A stretch of DNA of 64,000 nucleotides from an uncultured Eubacteriales bacterium (GCA_949743655.1 CATJUP010000106.1:5389-69388); one strand, 5' to 3'. Counted from the stretch's first letter, positions 1 through 10,110 are shown. Program-made: numbers and translations. The notes: a model not told the origin generated them from the letters alone.

Positions 1-765
1 TTAGATGTTCCGGCAGAATTAATAAATGATAGAGTAATGATACCTGTAAGAGCTATAGCGGAGGGTTTTGATGCCGCTGTTGAGTGGAACGAAAATAATA
101 ACGCTATTTATATAACAACTGAAAATAGTGATATATATACAAAAAAAAGCTATGTTCAGTTGCAGGAATATGAAAATTACAATAGTGTGTCACAATTTTG
201 GACTGTTAAATCAACAGACAAAGTTTTGCTTAACGTAAACATAAGTTATCCAGCTATTAAAAACACTGTAATGAGTGACAACATAAATGTTTATATAGCT
301 AAAAGCGCTCATACAATAGCCGAAAAGTATATTGATGAGAATATAGCGGATATACAAAGGGAAAATAGTAGTTTTGTTAAACAAATAGATATTTCTTTTG
401 AGGATTTGTATATTGATTACGAAAAACATATATTGTCGTATTTAATTACATTTTCATTTTATAACGAAAATGATGTTTATACTACATATGGATATGGTAT
501 GACAATAGACACAAGTGTTGGCTCGGAGGTATCTGTAAGCGGAAATGGAAACACAGCGGCAGATATTGATAAGGCTTTTAATTATATTAAAAAAGAGGTT
601 TCTTTAAATCCTGATTATTATATTGAGAGTATAAATGAGGAATTAAAAGCAGGCAATTACGGATGTTATTTTGGCGATAACAAACTTATAATATTCGCCG
701 CGCCAGGTAATATAAAACCTTATGAGTATGGAATGGTTAAATTTGAGGTACCTCTTGTAGAGTAA
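1..765 (+). CDS. 3' part of a secreted/cell-envelope protein: copper-amine-oxidase N-terminal-like (stalk) repeat followed by a DUF4163/DUF3298-like region; 5' end outside window
   Basis: Frame 1 is open from base 1 (LDVPAELINDRVMIPVRAIAEGFDAAVEWNENNNAIYIT is typical of the CuAO-N-like repeat); stop at 763-765; strong terminator follows. Confidence 0.5.
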   Translation, partial: LDVPAELINDRVMIPVRAIAEGFDAAVEWNENNNAIYITTENSDIYTKKSYVQLQEYENYNSVSQFWTVKSTDKVLLNVNISYPAIKNTVMSDNINVYIAKSAHTIAEKYIDENIADIQRENSSFVKQIDISFEDLYIDYEKHILSYLITFSFYNENDVYTTYGYGMTIDTSVGSEVSVSGNGNTAADIDKAFNYIKKEVSLNPDYYIESINEELKAGNYGCYFGDNKLIIFAAPGNIKPYEYGMVKFEVPLVE

Positions 766-787
766 AAAAATATTAAATTTTAAAATC

Positions 788-818
788 AAACCCCCTCTTT
801 TTAAAAGAGGGGGTTTTT
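788..818 (+). terminator. Rho-independent terminator
   Basis: AAACCCCCTCTTTT / AAAAGAGGGGGTTT inverted repeat followed by a T-run (814-818). Confidence 0.8.
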
Positions 819-904
819 GTAGCAATGTATTGTAACTTTATTATTAATTGTTTCTTAGCATATGTAACGTTTTTTTGTAACTAAATTGTTGCAGTTAATG
901 TAAC

Positions 905-2728
905 TTAATATTTGCCATCGTATAATATTGTGCTTTCGCTGTTGCTGTTGTAGTTGCCATAATTGCTGTTATCATGGTCTTCGTATGAAGGCTTTGGTGG
1001 CTCTGGTACAGAAGTAGTTGTCTCTACTCCTGTACTTCTAAGACGAAATTTAAGCATAAGATTTTTAAGCAATGTTGCTTGACCAGAAAGTTCTTGGCTG
1101 GCAGCAGCGCTTTCTTCAGCCGTAGCCGAGTTTGTTTGTACAACAGATGAAATTTGGTCTATACCAACAGTAACTTGTGATATTGAGTCGGCCTGAGAGT
1201 TAGACGCATCTGTAATTTCGTCAATAAGTGTAACAACTTTTTTAGATTTTTCAGCAGCAGCGTTAAGTGATGTTGCTGTAGAGTTAGCAAGTTTAGAACC
1301 ATTATCAACAGCGCTTATTGAGTTTTCGATAAGAGCGGCTGTGTTTTTAGAAGCCTCGGCGCTTTTACTTGCAAGGTTTCTAACCTCGTCAGCTACTACG
1401 GCAAAGCCTTTTCCAGCAGCACCAGCACGAGCAGCCTCAACAGCAGCGTTAAGAGCAAGTATATTGGTTTGGAAAGCTATATCTTCTATAGTTTTTATAA
1501 TTTTGCCAATTTCGTTGGAGCTGTTTGTTATTTCTGTCATAGCTTTCATAAGCTCTTCCATTCTCTGGTTGCTTTCCTGCATTTCGCTGTTTACTTCTTT
1601 TATTTCTTGGTTAGCACTCTTAGCGCTTTGAGCTGTAAGATTTACATGCTGAGAAATATCATTTACAGTAGCAGCCAATTCTTCAACAGAGCTTGCCTGC
1701 TCAGTAGCACCTTGACTTAATGCCTGAGCGCCTGTAGCAACTTGGTCTGAACCTCCAGCAACTTGTTCGGACGCTTGTGTAATTTGTAAAAGTGTTGATG
1801 ATAATTTAGCATTTATTGTACGTACAGCCTCAAGTATAGGTAAAAATCCACCTACATAAAGATTTGCGTCACGTGAGCGTATGTCAAAATTTCCAGCAGC
1901 CATTTCGGTAAGAAGATTTGTCTCGTCATCAATAATATCTTTTACATTTTTGATAAGTGATTTTGTAGCTACGCAAAGTTCGCCGACCTCATCACTTGAT
2001 ACATAGTCAAACACAGGAGAGTCCAAATCGCCTTTAGAAAGAGCAAGAAGACGTTCTGTAAGTTTGTCCATAGGTCTTGATATGCTATGTGATACAAACA
2101 AGCCTATAAGCAGTGACAATAAAATAGATACTACTATTAAAACTGCAGTAACACCTGTAAGTATATTAGAAAGTGCTGTGTTTGAGTTATTTCTTGTGTT
2201 ACCACGATTAACTTTGCTGTCCATTATTGACTGAAGGTTGCTATAAATACTCTCATGAATAGGACTAAGCTCTTCAACAAGTCTTTCTTGAAGTTTTCTA
2301 GTCCTTGTGGCGTCAAGATTAGAGTTATCCGCTATAAGTTCTTTAGCGAGAGATACGTAACTGTTAAACTGTGTCTTAATCTCGTTAAAAAGTGATAAAG
2401 TTCCTTCTTCTTTAATATCGCTGGAAAGGTTGTCAAGAGCAGCTTCCATTTCTGGAATAAGGCTTAAAAACTCTTGTTCACTTTTTTCGCGCTCATTAGC
2501 GTCTGAAAGACTTATGGCATCATGAACATCAACATTAATCTCTCCTAAAAGAGAAAGTATTGTTCCTACTTTTCCTTGAGAGAAGCCATCAGTTACTAAA
2601 GTTTCATAATACTCAGCGCTAAGTTTTTTAGTAAATACCGTGCTTATAATGCCAGGTATAGAGGCCAAAATGGCGATTGCTAAGAATGCAACAATTAATT
2701 TCTTGACAATTTTCAAGTTTTTATACAT
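905..2728 (-). CDS. mcp: Methyl-accepting chemotaxis protein (2 TM, extracytoplasmic sensor, HAMP, MCP signalling domain)
   Basis: Two hydrophobic segments flanking a ~170-aa sensor region; invariant signalling hairpin [39 protein letters not shown]. Confidence 0.92.
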   Translation of the reverse strand: MYKNLKIVKKLIVAFLAIAILASIPGIISTVFTKKLSAEYYETLVTDGFSQGKVGTILSLLGEINVDVHDAISLSDANEREKSEQEFLSLIPEMEAALDNLSSDIKEEGTLSLFNEIKTQFNSYVSLAKELIADNSNLDATRTRKLQERLVEELSPIHESIYSNLQSIMDSKVNRGNTRNNSNTALSNILTGVTAVLIVVSILLSLLIGLFVSHSISRPMDKLTERLLALSKGDLDSPVFDYVSSDEVGELCVATKSLIKNVKDIIDDETNLLTEMAAGNFDIRSRDANLYVGGFLPILEAVRTINAKLSSTLLQITQASEQVAGGSDQVATGAQALSQGATEQASSVEELAATVNDISQHVNLTAQSAKSANQEIKEVNSEMQESNQRMEELMKAMTEITNSSNEIGKIIKTIEDIAFQTNILALNAAVEAARAGAAGKGFAVVADEVRNLASKSAEASKNTAALIENSISAVDNGSKLANSTATSLNAAAEKSKKVVTLIDEITDASNSQADSISQVTVGIDQISSVVQTNSATAEESAAASQELSGQATLLKNLMLKFRLRSTGVETTTSVPEPPKPSYEDHDNSNYGNYNSNSESTILYDGKY

Positions 2729-2774
2729 AGTTTACTGTAACCCCCTGTTATTTTTTGATGTTAATTATAAATCT

Positions 2775-2874
2775 GCCCTTTTCGCAATTTCGATATGTGA
2801 AATCGGCTATGGCAAAGCCGCCGAATGTTTTTCGGTACGTGGCTTGGGCTAAAAAATACAAAAGGACCTCCCTT
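2775..2874. promoter_or_regulatory. GC-rich structured element (two adjacent hairpins inside a closing stem) in the mcp-flgB divergent spacer; candidate riboswitch/leader, strand unresolved
   Basis: GCCC(2775-2778)/GGGC(2846-2849); ATTTC(2787-2791)/GAAAT(2799-2803); GCAAAGCC(2812-2819); GCC-G-CCGAA(2817-2825)/TTCGG-TACGT-GGC(2831-2843); alternative CCTTTT(2777-2782)/AAAAGG(2860-2865). It is a GC island within very AT-rich DNA. Confidence 0.3.
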
Positions 2875-2973
2875 CGTTGTGATTAAGCGGCAAAGTAAAA
2901 TTTTGACCTAAAAACAGCGCTTTTGTGTTGCAAAAGTATGGTTTCCACATTTGGCAATTTACCCACATAAAAA

Positions 2974-3000
2974 TTATCGACTAAAAAATTTTTTTATTAA
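2974..3000 (-). promoter_or_regulatory. Candidate sigma-28 (SigD/FliA)-type promoter for mcp
   Basis: Minus strand reads TTAA-N15-GTCGATAA (consensus TAAA-N15-GCCGATAA/T), about 245 nt upstream of the mcp ATG, implying a long leader. Confidence 0.35.
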
Positions 3001-3355
3001 GTTAAAGTCGAAAAAAACAAGATTTTTGTTGTTGGGTATAGAACGTTTTTGTTAGTAGGTGAATATATTATTTTTATTGGTTTTATATTTTTGTAAAAGA
3101 GACAATAACTAAATATGTTGGCGACAAAATATAAATATATTGTCTAATTTTGTAAGATGAGGTGTTTTTAAAATGTAATTAAATATTTTAAATTTGTTAA
3201 AATTTGTCAAAAATGAATTTTTTAATACTTTAAATTACAAGTATTTTGTACATTTTTAAGCATAAGGTTTACAAAAATTTAAATGTGCTAAAAAATAATT
3301 ATGTCATCAAAATAAAATTTTTAGACTATATTTTATGGAAATAATTTAATTATTC

Positions 3356-3384
3356 TTGAATTTGTGCTTGAAATTTGATATAGT
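3356..3384 (+). promoter_or_regulatory. Candidate sigma-A-type promoter for the flgB operon
   Basis: TTGAAT(3356-3361)-17 nt-TATAGT(3379-3384), ~85 nt upstream of the flgB ATG; the AT-rich context makes chance matches likely. Confidence 0.3.
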
Positions 3385-3467
3385 TACTTAGTATCAGTAA
3401 AAATTAAAGTGTATTTTGATATATATTGACAGTTTACATAAAATTACTTGGAAAGAAGGTGTTAAAT

Positions 3468-3848
3468 ATGGATTATTTAAACAACAATATGTTTTTGCTT
3501 AATCAAAAAGTTATGGACTTTTTATGGCAAAAACAGGTAGTTACCTCTGAGAATATATCTAACGCCGAAACACCAGGATATAAAGCGAGATATGTTACTT
3601 TTGAGGAAGAACTTAAAAAGAAACTTTCAGGCGGTAAATATAAAAAAGCCTCCGATATGGGAAGGGCTATTATTTCTGCGCGCGCTGAGGTGCATGATAC
3701 TCAAACCGAGTCTAATCGAGCTGATGAAAACAATGTAAATGTTGATGTAGAAAGCGTTGAGTTTGCTAAGTCTGCGCTTCAGTATGAATATTTGGTAAAA
3801 TCGTTTAACGATGACATAAAAAGGTTTAACTCTGTTATAAAAGGATAA
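3468..3848 (+). CDS. flgB: Flagellar basal-body rod protein FlgB
   Basis: MDYLNN..; SENISNAETPGYKA rod-protein N-motif; GAAAGAAGGTG RBS before ATG 3468 (the ORF-track start 3426 lacks an RBS). Confidence 0.93.
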   Translation: MDYLNNNMFLLNQKVMDFLWQKQVVTSENISNAETPGYKARYVTFEEELKKKLSGGKYKKASDMGRAIISARAEVHDTQTESNRADENNVNVDVESVEFAKSALQYEYLVKSFNDDIKRFNSVIKG

Positions 3849-3864
3849 ATGGGGAGGGATAATA

Positions 3865-4308
3865 TTGAGTTTTTTAAACGTTTTAAATGTCAGCGCATCT
3901 GGTATGACTGCCGAGAGGATGAGGCTTGACGTTGTTGCGGAGAATATATCTAACTCTAACACAACAAGAACAGAAAACGGCGGACCTTACAGAAGAAAGA
4001 TGGTTGTTTTTGAACAGGCGGGACAAAATGACTTTGGTAATGTTTTTCGTTCCGAAATAAGAAAACGCGGCGCCATGACAGGAGGAGTACGTGTGGCAGA
4101 AATCGTTGAAGACGAAAGGGATTTTCCTGTTGTATACGACCCTACTCATCCCGATGCGGATGAAAATGGATATGTACAAAGACCAAACGTTGACACGCTT
4201 AAAGAAATCGTTGACAGTATGGCGGCAAGCAGAGCTTACGATTCAAACCTTACTGTTTTTAATACAGTAAAAACAATGGCAGCTAAAGCACTTGAAATTG
4301 GAAGTTAA
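3865..4308 (+). CDS. flgC: Flagellar basal-body rod protein FlgC
   Basis: SASGMTAERMRLDVVAENISNSNTTRT.. and C-terminal MAASRAYDSNLTVFNTVKTM; TTG start after GGGGAGGG. Confidence 0.95.
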   Translation: MSFLNVLNVSASGMTAERMRLDVVAENISNSNTTRTENGGPYRRKMVVFEQAGQNDFGNVFRSEIRKRGAMTGGVRVAEIVEDERDFPVVYDPTHPDADENGYVQRPNVDTLKEIVDSMAASRAYDSNLTVFNTVKTMAAKALEIGS

Positions 4309-4337
4309 AAAAATATTATTTTGGAAGGAGATTTATT

Positions 4338-4637
4338 ATGTTTATAGAACCAATAAAAGGTATTGAGCCTTTGTTGAGTTTTGATAGTACACAAAAAGCT
4401 AATAAAAGTACAGACGCCACAATATTTGGCGATGTTTTTAAAAACGCTGTTGATAATGCCTTTGAAAAAGAAAAGGAACTCGAAAAAGCTCAGTATCTTT
4501 TAGCTACAGGTCAAATTCAAGATGCCCATACAGTGCCAATAGCTTCTGCTATGGCTCAGTTGTCTATTGACAGCATGGTTGCTCTTAGAAATAAGGCGTT
4601 AGAAGCGTATAATGAATTGATGAGATTAAACATATAA
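4338..4637 (+). CDS. fliE: Flagellar hook-basal body complex protein FliE
   Basis: 99 aa; C-terminal SAMAQLSIDSMVALRNKALEAYNELMRL; position after flgC. Confidence 0.9.
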   Translation: MFIEPIKGIEPLLSFDSTQKANKSTDATIFGDVFKNAVDNAFEKEKELEKAQYLLATGQIQDAHTVPIASAMAQLSIDSMVALRNKALEAYNELMRLNI

Positions 4638-4683
4638 TAAGTAACTGAAATAATAATACAGAAGGGTAAAGAAGGTAACAAAA

Positions 4684-6312
4684 TTGAACGAGCGCTTAAA
4701 TTCTATAATAACAAAAATAAAAGAAACGCTTAAAAATTTAAGTCCAAAAGCCAAAAAGCTAATAATCGCGGGAATAGCCCTTTCTATTATTTTTTCTGTT
4801 GGTATAGCTGCATGGCTTAATAACCGTCCATATGATACCCTTTTTACAGGCTTAAACGAGCAGGAGTCAAGTGAGCTTATAGGCAAACTTAGAGAAGACG
4901 GTATTGATTATAAATATGAGTCTCGCTCCGATGGCGGCGCAATACTTGTGCGTGAGAAAAACTCCGAGCAGATTAAAGCAGAATTAGTATACGAGGGTTA
5001 TCCTAAAAGCGGCTTTACTTATGATATATTTAATAACATAGATTTAACTACTTCTGAGTCAGAAAAACAAAGTTATATGCTTTTCCAGCTTCAAGAAAGA
5101 ATGGGAGCTACAATATCAGCGTTTTTTGACGATGTTAAAGAAGCGGTTGTTACAATAGCACTGGGTGAGGAAAGAAGATATGTTCTTGACGAAAATTCCG
5201 ATACCAAAGCTACAGCGTCTGTTACTTTAACAACAAAAAGCGGAAATGATTTAAGTACACAAGAGGTAGAGGCTATACAAAGATTAGTTTCAAAAAGTAT
5301 TCCACAGCTTGAGTTTGCTAATGTGGACGTAATATGTAACGGAAAAACAGTTACTGTTGACGGAAATAATACTCAAAGTGGCGCTAATCAACTTAAAATG
5401 GAAGTTGAAGCCGCTATAGACAACAAAATTAAAGGTAAAATACTTGATTTGCTTATACCTATTTATGGCGCAGAACATATTCAGGTGTCAGTAAAAAGTG
5501 AAGTTGATATAAACAAAAAAATAAGAGAACTTATAAATTACTCACCAGAAGACCAAAACAATACTGGTGTCAAATCATCCGAAAGTGCCCACCAAGAAGT
5601 ATCAAAAGACGGCGAAACAGTGGGCGGAGTACCAGGAACCGAGACAAACTCGGACATACCTATATACACAAGAATTACGCAGGATGGAAACGAGGACTAT
5701 ATAATAAGCGAAGGAGCTGTTGACTATCTTGTTGACCAAGTTAAAGAACAGCAGCAAGTTGACGCAGGCGACATTGTAGACCTTACAGTAGCAATAATTA
5801 TAGATACTGAAGATATGAGTGAGGGCACAAGAAATAATCTTATAAGTCTTGTGGCTAAGGCGGCTGGTATAAACACGCCTAACCTTGAGGATAAAATAGA
5901 ATTGCTTAATATGCCGTTTTATCGTGAAGCTGAAGAGCCAGAGCCTTCTGATGACGATAATATTCCGGATATGGAAAGAATAAAACGTTTACTCATAATA
6001 GGCGGTATAATAGTTGGAGCTTTACTTATAGTTTTGCTTATTATATTTATTATAGTAAGAAAGATATTAAAGAAAAGAAAGAAAAAACGCGGAGCAGCGG
6101 AAGACGCGTTTGGCGGAGAGCCTGTTGTTTATGATAATAACGGACCAAAATCCGAGCCGGCGCCTAATATAGCCGATGCGTTTATAAATCTTCAAAATGA
6201 GCGCAGTATGGAACTTAAAAATAAAATTAGAGAAATCACCGACGAAAATCCTGAAATTACAGCTCAGACGATTAAAACATGGTTAAGGGGAGAAAGCAAT
6301 GGAGGAAAATAA
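4684..6312 (+). CDS. fliF: Flagellar M-ring protein FliF
   Basis: N-terminal TM, YscJ/FliF-like periplasmic region, C-terminal TM and cytoplasmic tail; synteny; TTG start. Confidence 0.93.
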   Translation: MNERLNSIITKIKETLKNLSPKAKKLIIAGIALSIIFSVGIAAWLNNRPYDTLFTGLNEQESSELIGKLREDGIDYKYESRSDGGAILVREKNSEQIKAELVYEGYPKSGFTYDIFNNIDLTTSESEKQSYMLFQLQERMGATISAFFDDVKEAVVTIALGEERRYVLDENSDTKATASVTLTTKSGNDLSTQEVEAIQRLVSKSIPQLEFANVDVICNGKTVTVDGNNTQSGANQLKMEVEAAIDNKIKGKILDLLIPIYGAEHIQVSVKSEVDINKKIRELINYSPEDQNNTGVKSSESAHQEVSKDGETVGGVPGTETNSDIPIYTRITQDGNEDYIISEGAVDYLVDQVKEQQQVDAGDIVDLTVAIIIDTEDMSEGTRNNLISLVAKAAGINTPNLEDKIELLNMPFYREAEEPEPSDDDNIPDMERIKRLLIIGGIIVGALLIVLLIIFIIVRKILKKRKKKRGAAEDAFGGEPVVYDNNGPKSEPAPNIADAFINLQNERSMELKNKIREITDENPEITAQTIKTWLRGESNGGK

Positions 6313-7312
6313 AACCGCATTAACCTCGGAACAAAAGGCGGCAGCCGTAGTTATATCAATGGGCAGTGACAAAGCCTCTCAAATCTATAAATATCTTAGC
6401 GAAGAGGATGTGGAAAAACTTACAATCGAAATCGCTAAAATGAGGCATTTGTCATCAGAAGAGACAGAAGAGATTTTAGACGACTTTTATAAAGAGTGTA
6501 TGACCCAAAAAATTGTAACTGAAGGTGGGCTTGAATACGCGAGAAATATACTTGAAAAGGCGTTTGGTCAGCAAACGGCGTCGGTGCTTTTGGAAAAAGT
6601 AGCTAAATCTTTAAAAACAATGCCGTTTTCTTTCATACGAAAGTTAGACAGCAAAAACCTTTATTCTATATTACAGCACGAAAGAGCTCAAACAATAGCG
6701 CTTGTGCTGTCTTATGCCGAGCCAGACCAAGCGGCAAATGTTATTATAACTTTGCCTAAAGAAAAAAGAATTAAGGTTGTTGAGAGCATAGCTAAAATGG
6801 AAAATGTTTCTCCAGAGGCCATTAAAATAGTTGAAGGACAAATTGAGAAAAAATTCTCAGCTGTACTTACAACAGATTATACAAAAACTGGCGGCGTAGA
6901 TTATATAGCCGATGTAATGAACTATATGGACAGAGGCAGCGAGAAATATATATTTGATGAACTTGCTGTTAAAGACGCTAAACTTATGGAAGAAATCAAA
7001 AAACGTATGTTTGTATTTGAGGATATTACAACTATGGATAACCGCTCTATACAAAGATTTTTGCGCGATTGCGACTCAAAAGATATTGTTCTTGCGCTTA
7101 AACAAACTAATCCAGAGGTATCAAACCTTATATTCTCAAATATGTCTTCACGTATGGCAGAGTCTATTAAATCCGACCTTGAGGTTACAGTAAATGTAAG
7201 AATTAAAGATGTTGAGGAAGCTCAACAAAGAATTGTTAATATTATAAGACGCCTTGAAGAAGAGGGAGAAGTTGTTATTATGAAAGGCGGAAAGGATGAT
7301 ATAATTGCATAA
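6299..7312 (+). CDS. fliG: Flagellar motor switch protein FliG
   Basis: 337 aa; LTSEQKAAAVVISMGSDKASQIYKYL..., C-terminal torque-helix region; overlaps the fliF stop. Confidence 0.95.
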   Translation: MEENKTALTSEQKAAAVVISMGSDKASQIYKYLSEEDVEKLTIEIAKMRHLSSEETEEILDDFYKECMTQKIVTEGGLEYARNILEKAFGQQTASVLLEKVAKSLKTMPFSFIRKLDSKNLYSILQHERAQTIALVLSYAEPDQAANVIITLPKEKRIKVVESIAKMENVSPEAIKIVEGQIEKKFSAVLTTDYTKTGGVDYIADVMNYMDRGSEKYIFDELAVKDAKLMEEIKKRMFVFEDITTMDNRSIQRFLRDCDSKDIVLALKQTNPEVSNLIFSNMSSRMAESIKSDLEVTVNVRIKDVEEAQQRIVNIIRRLEEEGEVVIMKGGKDDIIA

Positions 7313-8207
7313 TCTTCTTAAAGCCTTTGCTCAAAAAGAAAACAATATAGAAAATTTTAAGTTTTTGACTAAATCGTTTAAAGGCTTTAATGAAGAAGAG
7401 GATATTGATTATGAGTCTAAAGGCGATGAAGAGAAAAACATAATAACAGAATTAGAGCTCTTAGAGCATGGCGATAAAAAAATAGAAAAACAAAAAAAAG
7501 AAAAAAAGAAAACAAAACAAAATGAATTAGAGCCTATAGAGGAAACTGCTGAAAACAGAGAGAAAAAAACAAACGATTTTGCCGAAAAAATGGCGGATGA
7601 AATTTTAAAAGATGCGAAAGAAAAAGCTGACGCTATATTGCAGCAGGCAAAAAATGACGCCGCACAAATGAAAATTGACGCCGAAAAGCAGGGGCACGAA
7701 GAGGGCTACGAAAAAGGCTATCAAGAAGGCTATGAAACAGCCGCCGCTGAGGTAAATAATACTCTTGAGATTAAAAGCTGGGAATATATAAACGAACTTA
7801 AAAGAACTGTTGACGATATAGGCTTGCAAAAAAACGAAATATTTAATAAATATAAATTAGATTTAAGAGATATGGCTATAGCTGTGGCAGAAAAAGTAAT
7901 ACAAGTAAGTCTTAAATCAAGCGGCGAGATAATAGAAAGAATGATAATTTCTGCTACAGAAAGGCTTAGCCCAAAATCGTGGGTAAAGGTATACATATCA
8001 AAAACCGATGCTGAAGCCATGATTGAAACAGACAGAGATATAACTAAAATATTATCAAATTTATCCGAAAATATAAAAGTAATATCTATGGAAAACGAAC
8101 CTCAGGGAACTTGTATTATAGAATTGCCTGATGAAATAATAGACGCAAGTGCTTATACACAGCTTGAAAATATAAGAGATATTATAAGCAGTTCTTCAAC
8201 GTCATAA
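7305..8207 (+). CDS. fliH: Flagellar assembly protein FliH (long Lys/Glu-rich N-terminus)
   Basis: Synteny between fliG and fliI; FliH/ATPase-E-like coiled coil (AEKMADEILKDAKEKADAILQQAKNDAAQ) and C-terminal domain; TTG start overlapping the fliG stop. Confidence 0.85.
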   Translation: MHNLLKAFAQKENNIENFKFLTKSFKGFNEEEDIDYESKGDEEKNIITELELLEHGDKKIEKQKKEKKKTKQNELEPIEETAENREKKTNDFAEKMADEILKDAKEKADAILQQAKNDAAQMKIDAEKQGHEEGYEKGYQEGYETAAAEVNNTLEIKSWEYINELKRTVDDIGLQKNEIFNKYKLDLRDMAIAVAEKVIQVSLKSSGEIIERMIISATERLSPKSWVKVYISKTDAEAMIETDRDITKILSNLSENIKVISMENEPQGTCIIELPDEIIDASAYTQLENIRDIISSSSTS

Positions 8208-8254
8208 AGTGTTTTAAACGGGGTATTTAATGTATTACATACAGAGGTAAACAT

Positions 8255-9559
8255 ATGTTTAAAAATATGCTTAATACAGTAAAACGTTCCGAAACAATAA
8301 GCCGTATAGGCAAAATAGAAAATATAGTAGGTATGACAATAGAAGCCTCCGGCGGAACAGCCGGTATAGGGGATATATGCGCTATATACAGTGAGCTTGC
8401 TAAAGGTCAGGTTTTAAGTGAGGTAATAGGTTTTAAAAACGAGCGTATATTGCTTATGCCATACGAGAGCACAAATGGCATTAAAGCCGGTAATTTTGTT
8501 AGAAACACAAGACAAAGACTAAAAATACCTGTAGGCGATTTTCTTAGAGGGCGTATTATAAATGCAATGGGTCAGCCTATAGATGGGTTGGGCGAGTTTT
8601 CGCCAAGCGAATATTATACGGTTGAAAATTCATATATAAACCCACTTGCAAGACCGCCTATAGACGAAAAAATGAGCTTTGGCATAAAAGCACTTGATGG
8701 AATGATAACAATAGGCAAAGGTCAAAGGATAGGTATATTTGCCGGAAGCGGTGTTGGAAAAAGTACGCTTTTGGGAATGGTAGCAAAAAATGTAAAAGCT
8801 GATATAAATGTAATAGCGCTTGTTGGAGAGCGTGGTCGTGAGGTTTTGGAGTTTGTTCAAAAAGACTTAGGAGAAGAAGGCATGGCACGCTCTGTACTTG
8901 TTGTAGCAACAAGCGACCAATCGCCTATGCTTAGAATGAAATGTCCTGTTGTAGCTACGGCTATAGCGGAATATTTTAAAGACCAGGGTAATGATGTACT
9001 TCTTATGATGGACTCACTTACACGTTTTGCTATGGCGCAAAGAGAAATTGGCTTGGCTATAGGCGAGCCTCCTATAGCCCGTGGATACACGCCTTCTATA
9101 TACTCAGAATTACCTAAACTTTTGGAAAGAAGCGGTAATTTTGGAAATGGTTCTATTACTGGTATATATACAGTGCTTGTAGAAGGTGACGACACAAACG
9201 AGCCTATAGCCGACACTGTAAGGGGTATACTTGACGGGCATATAGTTTTGTCACGAAAATTAGCTAACTCAAATCATTTTCCGGCTATAGATATAAACGC
9301 CAGTATTTCAAGGCTTATGTCAACAATAGTGTCAAATGAGCATAAAATCCTCGCCTCAAAATTTAGAGATATATTAAGTGTTTACAGCAAAAACGAGGAT
9401 TTAATATCAATAGGCGCTTATAAAGCTGGTACTAACAGAAATCTTGATTATGCTGTATCCAAAATAGATAAAGTAAACGCGTTTTTAACTCAAGGGGTTG
9501 GGGAGTCTTTCTCTTATGAAGAGATACTTGACCAGATGAGAAAAATTATAAACGAATAG
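8255..9559 (+). CDS. fliI: Flagellum-specific ATPase FliI
   Basis: Walker A GSGVGKST, Walker B VLLMMDSLTR, F1/T3SS-ATPase fold. Confidence 0.97.
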   Translation: MFKNMLNTVKRSETISRIGKIENIVGMTIEASGGTAGIGDICAIYSELAKGQVLSEVIGFKNERILLMPYESTNGIKAGNFVRNTRQRLKIPVGDFLRGRIINAMGQPIDGLGEFSPSEYYTVENSYINPLARPPIDEKMSFGIKALDGMITIGKGQRIGIFAGSGVGKSTLLGMVAKNVKADINVIALVGERGREVLEFVQKDLGEEGMARSVLVVATSDQSPMLRMKCPVVATAIAEYFKDQGNDVLLMMDSLTRFAMAQREIGLAIGEPPIARGYTPSIYSELPKLLERSGNFGNGSITGIYTVLVEGDDTNEPIADTVRGILDGHIVLSRKLANSNHFPAIDINASISRLMSTIVSNEHKILASKFRDILSVYSKNEDLISIGAYKAGTNRNLDYAVSKIDKVNAFLTQGVGESFSYEEILDQMRKIINE

Positions 9560-9575
9560 TTGGGAGCTTAATAAA

Positions 9576-10016
9576 ATGAAAAAGTTTTCTTTTAGGCTTG
9601 ACCCTGTACTCAAGTACAAAAATGATTTAATGGAAATTATAAAAGCCGAACACGCTGACGCGGTAAAAAAAGTAAATGTTCAAAATGATTTTATAAAAGA
9701 ACTTGAGTATGAGAAAAACCAAAAAGTGCAGGAATTTGATGACAAAAAGAAAAATGGCATATCAATAGCCGAAGCAGCTATGTACGAAGGATATTTACAT
9801 AAACAAAACTATATGATAAGTCTTGAAACCGAAAAACTTCATCAGCTTATGAAACAAGAAGATGAAAAAAGAGAAAAAATGGTTGACGCTAAAAAAGAAA
9901 TTTTATCAATAGAAAAACTAAAAGACATAAAAATTGATGAATATAATAAAGAGACTCAAAAAGAAAATGAGCTTTTTATAGAGGAGTTTGTCTCCAATGC
10001 CCGTGTAAGGGCTTAA
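9576..10016 (+). CDS. fliJ: Flagellar export chaperone/stalk protein FliJ
   Basis: 146-aa coiled-coil protein starting FSFRLDPVLKYK; position after fliI. Confidence 0.85.
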   Translation: MKKFSFRLDPVLKYKNDLMEIIKAEHADAVKKVNVQNDFIKELEYEKNQKVQEFDDKKKNGISIAEAAMYEGYLHKQNYMISLETEKLHQLMKQEDEKREKMVDAKKEILSIEKLKDIKIDEYNKETQKENELFIEEFVSNARVRA

Positions 10017-10110
10017 ATATGCCTGCAAGCTCTTAAAATGAGCTTTATTATAAAAGTTTAAATAAATTAAGCAGGGTTATAGAGCTATTATTTGAAAGGA
10101 GGTGAAAAAT

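Noticed and set aside
2640-2852. 70-aa + strand ORF spanning the mcp start and the structured spacer
   Set aside because: It overlaps the mcp N-terminus in antisense, has no RBS and shows a low-complexity hydrophobic translation. The region is better explained as a divergent regulatory spacer.
3001-3355. A possible invertible 'flagellar switch' or phase-variable promoter upstream of flgB, as in Clostridioides difficile
   Set aside because: Only short AT-only inverted repeats are visible (for example AGACAATA/TATTGTCT at 3100-3146 and TTAAAAT/ATTTTAA near 3168-3190). There are no long flanking inverted repeats and no recombinase gene nearby. In such AT-rich DNA these matches are expected by chance.
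3426-3467. Upstream in-frame extensions given by the ORF track (flgB 3426, fliK 10102, flbD 13493, fliD 31424, flgM 36691, fliW 40852, ABC 55232, phoH 60522, pgpH 61510 and others)
   Set aside because: In each case a downstream ATG, GTG or TTG lies 5-10 nt after a clear GGAGG-type RBS and yields the canonical family N-terminus. The extensions lack an RBS or overlap the preceding gene.
8857-9216. Long antisense ORFs inside well-supported genes. This one lies in fliI; others are 1341-1631 in mcp, 41868-42299 in cheB, 49359-49745 in the SLH gene, 53366-53743 opposite the acidic membrane protein and 57982-58428 in the ABC gene
   Set aside because: Each lies fully within a confidently identified CDS on the other strand. 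They lack RBS motifs and give low-complexity or Ser/Leu/Ile-rich translations typical of antisense frames.
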